From contig CAVPSJ010000013.1 in assembly GCA_963708295.1 (NCBI GenBank), positions 1 through 64,000 on the forward strand: a DNA stretch of 64,000 bases, written 5' to 3'. The translations under genes were made by a program, and so were the position numbers. Source of the stretch: an uncultured delta proteobacterium (GTDB lineage Bacteria; Desulfobacterota; BSN033; UBA1163). The notes beneath the pieces were generated by a model, which was not told the origin of the DNA, did no database searches, and was given only the letters and a program-made list of their open reading frames with translations. Of the stretch, positions 32,173 through 44,100 are shown piece after piece. The stretch's first letter is position 1; the number at the start of each line of letters is the position of its first letter.

Positions 32173-32459
32173 GAGATTATGTCGCAGCATGATAAAGGGT
32201 GGACATGGGCGGGATCCACTCCTCAGCTTTAGAATGCGGTCGTTTATGATGGCCGGTAATTGAGCTTGTTGCGAATGCAGTTTTTTCAAGGGCTTGCAGC
32301 CTGGTCGCTGATGGATAAGAGGTTTCCGCCCTGCCTTCGTCCCGCAAGGGGGGACTTTCGCGCAAGCAGGCCTAAAGCTTCGTTACCTGACCGCCTGTCC
32401 CGCCGTAGCATGCAATTAAGTTTTTCGTTAAGAGTAGCCACAATTCCTGAATAGGAAGG

Positions 32460-32864
32460 CTAGGTGAGGGAGTGTTTCAGGAGAGTGGAGTTCCCTGTGG
32501 CAAGAATCGTCCCATCTTCCTTGGCCACGAAAGCCTTTGCCCTGATCAATCTCTTACTTACTTCCGTAATCTCTCCATAGACATGTAACGGTTCGAGGAT
32601 CGGCGCCGGCCTCTTGAACTTAATCTCCAGGGAGGCCGTAACCGCTTCATAACCCAATTCGTAAACCAGTTTTGCCATTGCTTCATCCAATAACGTGCTG
32701 AGAATCCCCCCATGGACGATTCCGTCCCAGCCTTGAAAAGTCGGACTAGCGCTGAACGTTGTTTTGAGGGTTTGTCTCTCTTTGTCGATCTCGAATCGCA
32801 ACTGCAATCCGTTCGGATTGTTCTCCCCACAAACAAAACAGTTTCCGTAAGTTTCGAATTTCAT
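32460..32864 (-). CDS. PaaI-family thioesterase
   Basis: CFVCG..NP.GL, HGGILSTLLDEAM. Confidence 0.9.
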   Translation of the reverse strand: MKFETYGNCFVCGENNPNGLQLRFEIDKERQTLKTTFSASPTFQGWDGIVHGGILSTLLDEAMAKLVYELGYEAVTASLEIKFKRPAPILEPLHVYGEITEVSKRLIRAKAFVAKEDGTILATGNSTLLKHSLT

Positions 32865-32875
32865 CTCTTTCCTCG

Positions 32876-32987
32876 TTGACCCGTTCGACGGCACTCAGCC
32901 TCGTCTTGCAAGGGGGGGACGGAAAGTGCCGCTCAGGGTCAATCCAGAGCAACCCCGGTAGTTATGCCTGGGAGCCGAAGGATTGAC
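32876..32987. mobile_element. TTGAC-bounded element in a divergent promoter region
   Basis: TTGAC-CCGTTCGACGGC...GCCGAAGGA-TTGAC; adds 107 bp. Confidence 0.8.
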
Positions 32988-33011
32988 TTGATTTCATGGG
33001 TATCATATAGT
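32983..33011 (+). promoter_or_regulatory. Sigma-70-type promoter upstream of suhB
   Basis: TTGACT-17 bp-TATAGT. Confidence 0.65.
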
Positions 33012-33147
33012 TTTGGTGATTGCACTGTCAACTGTTAGAGAATTTCACTGACCATTAGAACCTCTCCGGTATCTTCCTGGAAAAAAGGGAACAAAAATCC
33101 TCCTTTAGAAAAGGGGGACGGAGAGAGATTTGAAGCACAGGAGAGAT

Positions 33148-33950
33148 ATGAAAGAGGATGCCCCCTATCTCCGGATAGCGATCGCTGCGGCCAAAGAGGC
33201 GGGCAGGATTCAGATGCTCCATTTTGGCCATTCCCATCCGGTGCAGTACAAAGAAGAATTCAACCCGGTGACGGAAGTGGACAAACTCTGTGAGCGGGCC
33301 ATCGTGAAAATGATTTCCGATGCTTTCCCGGACCATGATATTTTGACGGAAGAGAGCCCTTTCGAAGGAAGGGGATCTCGATGGAAGTGGATTGTCGATC
33401 CCTTGGATGGGACGACCAATTATCTTCACGGATTTCCCTGCTTCTGTGTCTCCGTCGGGCTTGAAGTGGAAGGCGAAGTTGAGATGGGAGTGGTTTATGT
33501 CCCGCCCCTCGACGAGCTCTTTCATGCGGAGAAGGGGAAAGGGGCCTTTCTTAACGGGGAGCGGATGACGAGTCTCCCGGGTTGATCGACTGCACCGAAG
33601 TCTGCTTTGCACCGGCTTTCCTTACGATGTTCATGAACACGCCGATTTCTACCTTCGTTATTTTCGTCAGTTTATCACCCGGAGTTTTGCGATTCGAAGA
33701 CCCGGCTCAGCTGCCGTCGATCTTTCATACTTGGCAGCAGGGCGTTTCGACGGATTCTGGGAGTTTAAACTTCATGCGTGGGATGTGGCGGCGGCCAGCT
33801 TGTTGATCACTGAAGCAGGGGGGAAAGTGACCGACCTTCAAGGCCGATCCTTTCAATATCTATTCTGAAGTCATCCTGGCTTCCAATGGGTTGGTCCATG
33901 AGGAGATGATTCAGACGATTCGAGAGATGGATGCAGGACAGGGGGAATAA
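33148..33950 (+). CDS. suhB: Inositol monophosphatase (frameshift near 33575)
   Basis: [19 protein letters not shown]; second frame has RRPGSAA, WDVAA, EAGG. Confidence 0.85.
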
Positions 33951-33991
33951 ACAGAGAACGCCGTATAGGTAACGGACGCGAACAAAGCGCC

Positions 33992-35340
33992 ATGAAAAAG
34001 CAGGCAGAACTTTTTGAAGAGAAAGGGAGAGAGTCGGGCAAGAGAGAGGCCCCTCTCGCTGGTCGGATGAGGCCTCAGACACTGGACGAATTTGTGGGCC
34101 AGGATCACCTCCTGGGTCGAGGAAAAGTTCTGCGCCAGGCGATCGAATCCGATCACCTTCCTTCCATGATTCTATGGGGACCCCCTGGATCTGGCAAGAC
34201 GACCTTAGCCATGATCATCGCCACGACCACAGGGGCTCGATTTCTCGCCTTCAGTGCCGTTCTCTCCGGGGTGAAAGAGATCAAGGAAGTCGATCCAGGA
34301 AGCCGAGGAGGAACGGAAATATAATCAAAGGCGAACGGTTCTCTTTGTGGATGAGATCCATCGGTTCAATAAAGCTCAGCAGGACGCTTTCCTTCCCCAT
34401 GTGGAAAAAGGAACGGTCATCCTCATTGGAGCCACCACAGAGAATCCATCCTTTGAGGTGATTTCCCCCTTACTCTCCCGCACAAAAGTCTTCACCCTTC
34501 GTTCTTTAACAGAAGAGGAGATTGAATTGATCTTGAAACGCGGGCTCACGGATAAAGAAAGGGGATTAGGCCAGTATGGCACGATGATCGAGCCGGAGGT
34601 CATCAAAAGCATTTGCCAGCTGGCGAACGGAGATGCAAGAGCGGCCCTGAATACATTAGAAATGCTCGTGTTGACAACTTCCCCGGATAAGGAAGGTATT
34701 CGTCAGATCAAGAAAGAGGATTTGACAGAGATTCTTCAAAGGAAGGCCTATCTTTACGACAAGTCCGGGGAGGAGCATTATAATCTCATTTCAGCTTTGC
34801 ATAAGAGTCTCAGAGGGAGCGATCCCGATGCCGCACTCTACTGGCTGGGCAGGATGCTGGAGGCCGGTGAAGATCCGCTCTATATTGCTCGCCGGATGAT
34901 CCGATTTGCCTCGGAAGATATTGGAATGGCAGATCCCCAGGCCTTGCAGGTCGCGGTCGCAGCCATGCAAGCCTTTCACTTTATCGGCCTTCCGGAAGGG
35001 AACTTGGCTCTTGCCCAGGCAGCCGTCTATCTGGCGACAGCACCCAAATCAAATGCTCTCTATACGGCATTTCAGGGAGTTCAGAGGGATGTTCGGGAAA
35101 TCGAGAATATGCCGGTCCCCCTTCATATTCGAAATGCTCCGACTGCATTGATGAAAGACTTAGGTTATGGAAAAGAATACAAATACCCGCACGATTATCC
35201 AGACCATTTCATCGAGGAGGAATATCTTCCTGAGAACCTGAGAGGAAAAACCTACTACCACCCGGCTGAACTGGGGGCTTGAGAAGGAAATCAAAAGAAG
35301 GCTGGAGTGCTGGAGGAGAAAGAAGAACGAGAAGAAGTGA
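33992..35340 (+). CDS. rarA: Replication-associated recombination protein A (frameshifts near 34290 and 35275)
   Basis: [48 protein letters not shown]. Confidence 0.93.
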
Positions 35341-35535
35341 TTCACCTTCGTATGACTGCTAAGGGTGAGAGGAGATGACTGGGGAGGCTCTGGAGGAAAT
35401 GGTTGAAGGGTTTAAAAAAGGCCAGGATGAGGAACTGGGAGGGTTTGTAAAGAGAATCGCTGATCAATTTCGCCTCATACTTCGGTAGTAAGATAAGAGA
35501 AAGGTACAGGGGTTACTTACCCTTTTCCAAAATCA

Positions 35536-36278
35536 TTATAATATTTCGTGAAAACATTCTGGTAATGAATAGGAAAACTTTTCCACTGTCTGATAATAAT
35601 CCGTTTGACTCAAAAGGTGTTTGATGCCCTCTCTTGTATAACGCAAACGATATGCAATCCAGGGTAATCCAATCATCATCAAAGGAATATATAAGGGTAA
35701 CAATATTTTTCTTTTAATCTTATTGCCGCGTAAAGCGGTAAGAGCAAAACCATAATGCGTAAAATGGAAATAGATCGTTTGCCATGTGAGGGGAGTAATA
35801 TGTCCGTAATCAAAGATCTCTTCTCCCTTCAATATTCACGTACGCCTGCGATGGCCAAAATTGAAAAAGATTTCCTGTGCACATGAACATGAATCTTGAA
35901 TAGAAGCAGGAGATGTTGGGTGTTGTGAGGATGATGAAACCACCTTTCTTCGTAATCCTAGATAGTTCACTTATGAATCCTTGATAGTTGATAATATGCT
36001 CTATGCCTTCCATTGATACAACTGCGTCAAACTGTTCATCATCAAAAGGCAATAATTTATTCATATCAGCAAGAACGTAATCACTCCTGGCTTCATTGAT
36101 GTCAGCAGAAATAACTTTGAGCCCTTCCCCCGAAGTTTGTCACCTAACCGACCCCGCGCCAGCGGGTGTATCTTAATATGCTTGCAACTCCCTTCTTGAT
36201 ACGAAGGCGATTTACAACCTCCGAAAAGACAATGCCCATTGTTTGTGAAAACTTATCATGGTAGGCAAATGGACTCAC
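35536..36278 (-). pseudogene. AT-rich class I SAM methyltransferase, multiply frameshifted
   Basis: LPFDDEQFDAVVSMEGIEH, ILTTPN, GHITP in separate frames. Confidence 0.7.
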
Positions 36279-36663
36279 GACTATCTTCCTTATCTATCTT
36301 TCAGATTTATGGGATGGCTTCTATTTGATATCTTCCAGGCTGCAGTCATAAAGGATATTATCTCTGGCAACACCATGAATTTTCCGCCTCAATAAATTAC
36401 CGTCTGGGATCATATTACTTAGAATTTGATTTAATGCAATAGTTCGTCCTTCTGTTTTCAGCGATACTCAACTTATTTTTCGAGCTGCTTCTATGTTTTT
36501 TTAAAATCCTAAACCCATGAGGGCTCTCTTCGTTCAAAAAGGTTCAGACTTCATCTATTTTTCGAGAAAGGTTCGTTTTAAACAGATAGGATACAGATTC
36601 GAGTAATTTGAGGATAAATTATCCACAGAGGTCGACGCATGTCTGCATTTTTCAGTTGCGGCT

Positions 36664-37491
36664 CTACGATACACTTTTCTGCGAAATAAGGGACAGAGAA
36701 TTCTTCAGGAAGGATTCGGCATGATCTTTCCATACGCCAATTATTGTTTCCGTTTCACTCCTTCGCCGGTCATGGGGACGAAGAGGACAGGGATGACCGT
36801 CGAGGGTCTCCATTTTTCCAGACCTTTTGACAATTTTTTTTAACTCCTGGGTGTAGGTCCCGACTGGCACAACCATCCGGCCGCCCTCCTTCAATTGGTC
36901 GATGAGGGGTTTCGGGACATGGTCGGGGGCAGCGGTGACGATAATCGCGTCGAAGGGTGCTGCCTCAGGCCATCCCAAATATCCGTCCCCTGCCTTCACC
37001 TTGACGTTTTGGTATCCCAGCTCTGAAAGTCTTTCTTTTGCCATAAAGGCCAGGGGCTCGATGATTTCGACCGTATAAACCTCTTTGGCCAATTCCGCCA
37101 AGATGGCGGCCTGATAGCCAGAACCCGTTCCGATCTCTAAAACCTTCTCGTTCCCTTTGAGTTCTAAGAGTTCTGTCATCAAGGCGACGATATAGGGCTG
37201 GGAGATGGTTTGGCCCTCTCCGATGGGCAGCGGTTGGTCGGAGTATGCCGAGTCCAGGTATTTTTCAGGGACAAATCGGTGTCGCTCCACTTTGAGGAGC
37301 GCAGAAAGCACGCGAGGGTCTTTCACTCCTCTGGCTTTAATCTGGCTCTCCACCATCTTTTCACGCATGGCCTTGAAATCCCCTTTCGGGTTTGAATCGA
37401 ACCCTCTCTTTGCATCGGTGCATGGTGTCAGCACCAGAAGAATAAGAATGGTTGATATCGCGACGATCGCCTTTTTCATCACCGTCATCAA
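36664..37491 (-). CDS. pcm: Protein-L-isoaspartate O-methyltransferase (3' frameshift likely)
   Basis: [35 protein letters not shown]. Confidence 0.93.
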   Translation of the reverse strand: MMTVMKKAIVAISTILILLVLTPCTDAKRGFDSNPKGDFKAMREKMVESQIKARGVKDPRVLSALLKVERHRFVPEKYLDSAYSDQPLPIGEGQTISQPYIVALMTELLELKGNEKVLEIGTGSGYQAAILAELAKEVYTVEIIEPLAFMAKERLSELGYQNVKVKAGDGYLGWPEAAPFDAIIVTAAPDHVPKPLIDQLKEGGRMVVPVGTYTQELKKIVKRSGKMETLDGHPCPLRPHDRRRSETETIIGVWKDHAESFLKNSLSLISQKSVS

Positions 37492-37739
37492 CCTACCACA
37501 GTTATTAAAATCATGTCAATCCTTGACAATTTTCACATATGTTTGATACTTTTCTAACAAAAGGTTTCGACTATATGTTTAACTTCATTCGGTAAAATCA
37601 TTGGAGCCTTTGTCTCCTGACTTCGATTACTTTCACTTTTCCCGTTCTCCAAAGCGAGGGACAATACCCGGATCCTGGCGGCCCCGCTGAGATCACCTTC
37701 TTCGGAAAAGAGGAGACAAAATGGGTCGAAAAAAGGGAA

Positions 37740-40616
37740 GTGGCTCTCCCTGCCAACCTGGTTCAAGGGACCAAGGAAGAGCCTCGTGTGGACTCCTTTG
37801 ATCTGAGGGAAGAATCCCTCGGTCCGACGAAGAAGATGAGCGCTTCCACGACACAGCCCGGTTGTGCCTATTCAAGTCGATTCACCTCGGGTCTGGCAAA
37901 AGCCTTCACGGGAGATAAAGCCCTTTATGAAAAGGGAAGATATCGATATCTCAAGGGGGCTTATGAAGATGCCGTCGCTTCTTTCGAGAAACTGATCCAA
38001 GATTACCCGAAGAGTGAATGGGCGGGGTCCTCCCACTATTGGATGGGAGAAACGAGATATCATCAAGGGAAGGATGAAGGGGCGTTTTCATATTTCCGTA
38101 AGGTGGTTGAGATCTATCCTGAGAGTGAGTTCTATATCTATGCCTTATATTCCTGCGGATGGATCCGGCTGAAACACGGTGTCTATGAGGAAGGACATCC
38201 ATTCTTTCACCGGGCCTATGAAAAAGCTCCGGCCCATCCCGTTGCGGAATCTTCCCTGTTTTGGTCCGGATACTGCCTCTATCAGGCTGGTCGATATGCC
38301 GAGACCCTTCAGGAACTGGAGACCCTTCTTCAAAAGTACCCTGCGGGGAAGTGGAGACCCGAAGCTGAATATTTGGCCGGCGCCAGCTACTTTCGGCTCA
38401 AAAGATTTAAGGAGGCCGCAGACCAATTCAAGAATTTCTGGAGACGTTATCCAAGACATCCGCTCGAAGAAAGCTCCCATTATGCGCTGTCTTGGAGCCT
38501 GGTCTCTCTGGGACAGTATCTCGAGGGAAGGAAAACCTTCGAGGACATCCTTCTCGCCCATCCCGGAACAAAGCTTTCCGACCCGATCTTCTGGGGCATT
38601 ATAAGGACCTATTTGGGGGCCGATGAGGCGGAAAAGGCCATCCTTCTCTATCAGCGGTTTCTTTCACAGTTCCTTTCTTCCCCCTGGGGGGAACAATGCC
38701 TGTTTGATATCGGGCAATATTATTTTGGGAAAAGAGAATATTCCAATACCGTAAATATCTTTCGTCAATTCCTCAGGACCTATCCTGAGAGTGAACTCCA
38801 CGAGTGGGTTCATTTTATGCTGGGAGAAAGCCTGTTTCATCAGAAGGACTACAAGGGGGCTATCGTCTCCTATCATCAAGCCCTGGAGGAAAGGGGAAGG
38901 GCGGGGCTGGAACCCTTCGTCATCTCAAAATTGGGTTACGCCCATTTTTACCTGAAAGACTATGGGGTGGCCATCCAATACTGGGAACGGCTCCTCGCGG
39001 ATTTTCCTGATTTAGTGGAGAAGAACGAAGTGCGTTACTGGCTCGCGGAGGCTTCGCTTTCGAAACAGGATTATCGGAAGGGGCTGGGATATGTCGATCA
39101 GTTGCGGGGAGATCCAACCTTGTATCCAAAGGCATTGAACAGCCTGGGATGGTATCATTTCCAAAAGCGAGAATGGAAGGAGGCCAACCATTATTTCTTG
39201 AAGATCCTCGTCGACTTTCCTGAATATCGGACCACCCCTTCTCTCTTCCTGATGGTGGGGGAGTGCTATTTGAATCAGAATGACTATCAGAGGGCCAAGA
39301 ACTATTTGATGCGATTGATCTCTTCGACGGAGGAGATCAAGGATCAAGACAAGGTTTACTATCTCCTTGGATGGGTAGCCTACCGGGAAGAACGGTTCGA
39401 TGAGGCCATGAGCCAATTTCGAGCCCTCTTGGAATCGAATCCCCTTAGCCCCTACGGAGATGAATCCCGGTACTGGATCGGATGGTCTCATTTCCGGAAA
39501 AAGGAATTCGCGGAGGCCATCGAAGAATTTCAACGTCTTACCCAAAGGTACCCGAAGAGCCCCTATGTGCCTCCCGCACTTCTGAAGATAGGAGATGGGT
39601 ACTATAACCTGAAACGATATGCGCAAGCCGTCCATTCCTATTCCCATGCCGTGAGAGCTTATCCTAAATCCAAGGAAGCACCCGAGGCCGATTTTGGAAT
39701 CCTCCTTTGCCTCCTTCAAGAGAGGAAATATGATTCTTTCATTTCGCAGGTAGAAACTTTTTTGAAACGATATCCGCACCATTCTCTTGCCGGCCAGGCC
39801 CTGATGCAACTGGGGGATACCTACCAGCAGGAGCGGATGAAAGAAAAGGCGGTGAAGACCTATCAAGAGCTCATCAGTCTTTATCCGGACAACGACTTGG
39901 CCGTGGAGGCCAGGTTCCGTATTGCCGTCTTGTATATGAAGGATGGAAAATGGGCCGAAGCCATTGAGGAAATGAATCAGGTCATTCATTCCCCCAGGGG
40001 TCATCTTGCGGTTGATGCGCGCATTGAACTGGGGGGTCTCTATCTCCTTCTCAAGAATTACTCCAAAGCCCTTGAACAGTATGAATGGGTGACGAAGAAT
40101 CACCCCCAGCATCCATCGGTCAAGAGGGCCTACCTGGGGATGGAGGAGGGGTATCGGAGTTTAGGGAAGACAGACCAGGCCGAGAAGATTTTGAAGGAGT
40201 TGTTAGGTAGTTTTCCTCAAGATGACATCCAATTTGAAGGACAGTTGAGGCTGGGAACCCTCTACTTCGCCCAGAAGAAATTTGGGGACGCCGTTGCCGC
40301 CTTTTCTGCGGCAGTCCGAAGTCCGGAAGAGAGAGTAGCCAGCCAGGCCCAGTTTAAACTGGGAGAGGCCTATTTAGAGGCCGGGAACAGGGAGTCGGCT
40401 TTGGCTCAATTTTCAAGAGTCGTTTACCTCTATCCTCAATACCCCGACTTGATGGAAGAAGCTCTTCTGAAGCTGGGGGCCCTCTATATACAAGAGAAGA
40501 AACTTTCTGAGGCCAGGCAGATCTACAACAAGTTGTTAGAGAAGAGCAAGAGGGGAGATCGAAGGGAGACCGCCAGAAAAATGCTCGACCAGATGGATCA
40601 GGGGGGGATTCCCTGA
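37740..40616 (+). CDS. Large tetratricopeptide-repeat protein (envelope-associated; true start possibly near 37576)
   Basis: Continuous TPR repeats with YP.S linkers. Confidence 0.88.
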   Translation: MALPANLVQGTKEEPRVDSFDLREESLGPTKKMSASTTQPGCAYSSRFTSGLAKAFTGDKALYEKGRYRYLKGAYEDAVASFEKLIQDYPKSEWAGSSHYWMGETRYHQGKDEGAFSYFRKVVEIYPESEFYIYALYSCGWIRLKHGVYEEGHPFFHRAYEKAPAHPVAESSLFWSGYCLYQAGRYAETLQELETLLQKYPAGKWRPEAEYLAGASYFRLKRFKEAADQFKNFWRRYPRHPLEESSHYALSWSLVSLGQYLEGRKTFEDILLAHPGTKLSDPIFWGIIRTYLGADEAEKAILLYQRFLSQFLSSPWGEQCLFDIGQYYFGKREYSNTVNIFRQFLRTYPESELHEWVHFMLGESLFHQKDYKGAIVSYHQALEERGRAGLEPFVISKLGYAHFYLKDYGVAIQYWERLLADFPDLVEKNEVRYWLAEASLSKQDYRKGLGYVDQLRGDPTLYPKALNSLGWYHFQKREWKEANHYFLKILVDFPEYRTTPSLFLMVGECYLNQNDYQRAKNYLMRLISSTEEIKDQDKVYYLLGWVAYREERFDEAMSQFRALLESNPLSPYGDESRYWIGWSHFRKKEFAEAIEEFQRLTQRYPKSPYVPPALLKIGDGYYNLKRYAQAVHSYSHAVRAYPKSKEAPEADFGILLCLLQERKYDSFISQVETFLKRYPHHSLAGQALMQLGDTYQQERMKEKAVKTYQELISLYPDNDLAVEARFRIAVLYMKDGKWAEAIEEMNQVIHSPRGHLAVDARIELGGLYLLLKNYSKALEQYEWVTKNHPQHPSVKRAYLGMEEGYRSLGKTDQAEKILKELLGSFPQDDIQFEGQLRLGTLYFAQKKFGDAVAAFSAAVRSPEERVASQAQFKLGEAYLEAGNRESALAQFSRVVYLYPQYPDLMEEALLKLGALYIQEKKLSEARQIYNKLLEKSKRGDRRETARKMLDQMDQGGIP

Positions 40617-41441
40617 TGGAAAAACGATCAGCGAGGAGCCGGAAGCGTATTTTCTTTCTCTTCGCCCTTTTGGTTATCCTCATCGGGTTTCTCTCCTGGA
40701 TTTTCATTTTCGTCCCCACCTTCCCGATTCGCTTAAAGGACGGGTGGAGAGCTCTGACTCATGAAAGCAAGAGAATTCTGGGATGGGAAAAGGGCACATT
40801 TCCTCCGGAGGAGAAACGAGATCCGGGAGGAGGTGATTCTTAAGAAGATGGAGGAGGCCAGTGCTCGTGAAGATTGGAGGGCTCTTGCGCCGGAATATCC
40901 TCGACCGAGAAAGTTGGAAACTGCAAGCGCCGATGAGAAAGCGAAGGCCCTGAAGAATTCATCAGAGTTTAAGGAAATGGATGAGGAGTTGAAGCAATAT
41001 TTGAAAAAGAAGGAAGATCTTTTATATCCAGAAGCTCCCGTTCCTTCTCTCAGAGAGGCAATGGATTCAATCTCATCCAACGATAAAGGAGCGGCGAAGG
41101 TTGTCCGGAGACTCCTGAACGCCAAGGAAGGAAATGCTCTGGAAAAACCCCTGGAGGAAAACCTTCGACTGGGAATAAAGGGGGCACTTGCCAGTCGGAA
41201 GATTCTCGAAAGACCGGATCTCCCTCAAGTCAAATCGAAAGTTGAGGTGGAAATCGAGTTGACGCTCTGGGTATTGCCCAATGGGACGGTGGATCGGGTT
41301 GTTCCCTCAGTCAAGGGGGATACGGAGTTGGAGAGGATCGCCGTCCAATACTTGAGACAGTGGCGATTTGCCGCGTTGCCCAAAGATCAACCCCAGGCGG
41401 TGCAATGGGGGACCATTCCGATTAAATTTAGGCTACAATAG
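40616..41441 (+). CDS. Membrane-anchored protein with TonB-like C-terminal domain (frameshift near 40800)
   Basis: N-terminal TM segment; V.PNGTV, LERIAVQYLRQWRF, IPIKFRLQ. Confidence 0.65.
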
Positions 41442-41676
41442 GCTTAGAATCCAACCTCATGTCTTCCGTGTCTAGGAGCATCAATTGACAAGCGCCCGCC
41501 TCCGCTGGGCGGGCAGGAATACCCAAGGTTCAGAACTCCTCAAAAACCGTTTTGGCCATTGGGTGCCGATGATTGGGATTTGTTTGGGATAGGTGGTTTG
41601 AAATTTGAAATGTTGAGATAGAACAAGCTCATTGGAAACGGTCGGTAGAAAGGGTCACTGAAGGTTCGATGTTTGA

Positions 41677-41979
41677 ATGAGAAAAAGACGCATTCTTATT
41701 TTAACGATGATCTTCTTGTTCATTCTTGGGAGTCTCACCTTTTTTGGGGAGAAAGGAATCCTTAATCTCCTTCGCCTCCGGAAGGAGGTCATCCGGATCA
41801 AGGGGATCAATTCAAGACTGGAGGAAGAGAATCAAAAATTGAGGGAAGAGGTCAAACGGTTGCAAAGTGACAAACGGTATATCGAAGAGATCGCCCGGAA
41901 GGAATTGGGGATGGTCAAGGAACGAGAGATCATTTATCGGTTCGATACTCCTTCCAAGGGAAAGGAGAATCCAAAATGA
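41677..41979 (+). CDS. Septum formation initiator (FtsB/DivIC family)
   Basis: TM segment + coiled coil + IEEIARKELGMVK.E. Confidence 0.88.
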   Translation: MRKRRILILTMIFLFILGSLTFFGEKGILNLLRLRKEVIRIKGINSRLEEENQKLREEVKRLQSDKRYIEEIARKELGMVKEREIIYRFDTPSKGKENPK

Positions 41980-42845
41980 AATATGAGGGAATGATCTTCC
42001 GGCCTCCTAGCGAGGCAGACAGCCTGATTCTCCAAGTCACGGTAGGATGCTCTTATAATCGGTGTACTTTTTGCGCGGCTTATCAAGGGAAGCGTTTTCG
42101 GATCAAGAGTCTCGAAGAGATCAAAGAGGACGTCGATGAAGTGAGTTCTTACAAGATTCGAAGAGTGTTTCTGGCGGATGGGGATGCCCTGAGCATTCCC
42201 CAAAAAGGACTGATCCAAATCCTATCCTATCTCCACGCGAAATTGAAAGGGCTCGAAAGGGTAGGGATCTACGCGAATGCAAAGGATATCCTTCGAAAGG
42301 ATGTGGAGGAGCTCAAGGCCCTGAAAGACCTGGGTTTGGGAATTCTCTATCTGGGTCTGGAATCAGGTGACCCGGAGATATTGAAACGAATTAAGAAAAA
42401 TGCCACCGTGGACCAATTGATCCGTGCCGGGAAAAGGGTGAAGGAATCCGGGATGGCTCTTTCAGTCACTGTGATTCTGGGCATCGGGGGGGTCAACGGC
42501 AGTCAAGCGCATGCTGTGGAGACTGGAAAGGTTCTCTCCGAGATGGACCCGGACTATGTGGGCGCTCTTTCTCTCATGATCGTCCCCGGGACACCCATCG
42601 CGAAAGAGATTGAAACGGGAACGCTGGTTTTACCAACGCCTTTCGCTCTGATCCAAGAACTGGAGACAATGATTGCAAATTGCCAATTTACCCATTGTTT
42701 TTTTGCCTCCAATCACGCCTCAAACTACCTTCCTCTTCGGATTCAAATGCCGGAAGAGAAGGAAGAAGCCCTGATGCGAATTCGGGAAGTTCTCAGAAGG
42801 AAAGACCCGGATTTGCTTCGACCGGAATACTTGAGAGCTCTGTAA
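41976..42845 (+). CDS. Radical SAM protein
   Basis: RPPSEA, CSYNRCTFC, FLADGD, SNHASNY. Confidence 0.92.
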   Translation: MKYEGMIFRPPSEADSLILQVTVGCSYNRCTFCAAYQGKRFRIKSLEEIKEDVDEVSSYKIRRVFLADGDALSIPQKGLIQILSYLHAKLKGLERVGIYANAKDILRKDVEELKALKDLGLGILYLGLESGDPEILKRIKKNATVDQLIRAGKRVKESGMALSVTVILGIGGVNGSQAHAVETGKVLSEMDPDYVGALSLMIVPGTPIAKEIETGTLVLPTPFALIQELETMIANCQFTHCFFASNHASNYLPLRIQMPEEKEEALMRIREVLRRKDPDLLRPEYLRAL

Positions 42846-42931
42846 CAAAAGCGAATGAAATATGGGGAAGAGGAGAGAGAAGATCCGAATTGGACTTCGG
42901 GTTAAGACTTTCCTCGGTTCTTCTTGAAAGT

Positions 42932-43140
42932 TTAAGGGAGAGGTTTCAAGAGATATTGAAGATGTCGTTCCACCAGTTCCAGAATGACAACTTGGGGCCT
43001 CTCTTTTTCGATGATGGATAAATTAACGTCCGAGGGTGTGTACCATACGTAAAGGCTATCCGAAAAACTCTCAGATAGGTATGGGAGTAAGAGATCGCCG
43101 AAGGAATCTTGAAACATCAACAATTTTGGATAGGTACATT
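42932..43140 (-). pseudogene. C-terminal fragment of an AlgJ/AlgX-like protein
   Basis: LMFQDSFG..L.PYLSESF..P.VVILELVER, paralogous to 44101-44337. Confidence 0.7.
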
Positions 43141-43314
43141 TTTCGATATGATACCGTTCGAATACTTAAGAGCGTTATGAGAAACGAGGAGGGGGAGAGA
43201 GGGAGATGGGGAGACGTAGGTTCACATAGATTTGAGACTTCGATTCCGAAGTCCGCAATCCGAATTCCGCATTTAAGGTCGATCGGGAAGTCTATAATGT
43301 ATCGTGATTGAAAC

Positions 43315-43743
43315 TTGAAAGAACTGGAGAATCGATTGATGAAGGACATCGTGGATGTGGATATTCGGGTGAGGTACGCGGAAACAGATCAGATGGGTGT
43401 GGCTTATTATGCCAATTACCTTGTATGGTTTGAAGTAGGGCGGTCTGAGTTTTGTCGAGAAAGAGGATTCCGCTATGTTGATTTGGAGGCATTCGGATAC
43501 AAGCTTGTGGTTACCGACGTTCATTGCCGGTATCGGAGTTCGGCGCGATATGACGAAACCGTTATCGTACGAACTCGGTTGAAGGATGTCAATAAACGAA
43601 TGATCACCTTCGGCTATCAGATCCTTCGTAAAGATCACGAGGAAGAAGTGATTGCCGAGGGAGAGACCCAGCACATCTGCGTCGACTCAAACGGTAAAAC
43701 GAAGTGCCTGCCGGGAAAATTCTTGGTTTGCCTCACCGGGTAG
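43315..43743 (+). CDS. Acyl-CoA thioesterase (YbgC/4HBT family)
   Basis: RVRYAETDQMGV.YYANYL.WFE.GR. Confidence 0.92.
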   Translation: MKELENRLMKDIVDVDIRVRYAETDQMGVAYYANYLVWFEVGRSEFCRERGFRYVDLEAFGYKLVVTDVHCRYRSSARYDETVIVRTRLKDVNKRMITFGYQILRKDHEEEVIAEGETQHICVDSNGKTKCLPGKFLVCLTG

Positions 43744-43748
43744 TTTCC

Positions 43749-44100
43749 TTATCTTCTCATTTTCGGGAAGATGAATGAGTCGGCAACCGAAAATCTCTCA
43801 TCCGGCTCGAGGCGTAGGACCCTGAAGGCAAAGGCGTCATTACGGTATTCTAGTTCGCAGAAGTGGAAAAAGCGAAGTTCGGGGCCAGAAAAGAGGTCTT
43901 GATAACGTTGCTTTCGGGGATTGATATAAACCTTGTGTCTTGGCCCGCCTCCTCCCCCGGAGACGATGAAGACTTTATCCTTTTTCTGAAGCCGTTCGTA
44001 GGAATGGCTATGCCCGCTGAAAAACAATCGAGTTTTTTGGAATTGAAGAAAAGGACCGGCAAAGTCAACCCGGGTTTCGTGCTCAGGGAAACCATCCCTG
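43749..44100 (-). pseudogene. Metallophosphoesterase C-terminal fragment
   Basis: FSGHSHSYER, VSGGGGG; N-terminal metal motifs missing. Confidence 0.65.

Noticed and set aside
39012-40112. Long antisense ORFs (also 21627-22364 and others)
   Set aside because: Shadows of well-supported genes on the opposite strand, with no recognisable motifs
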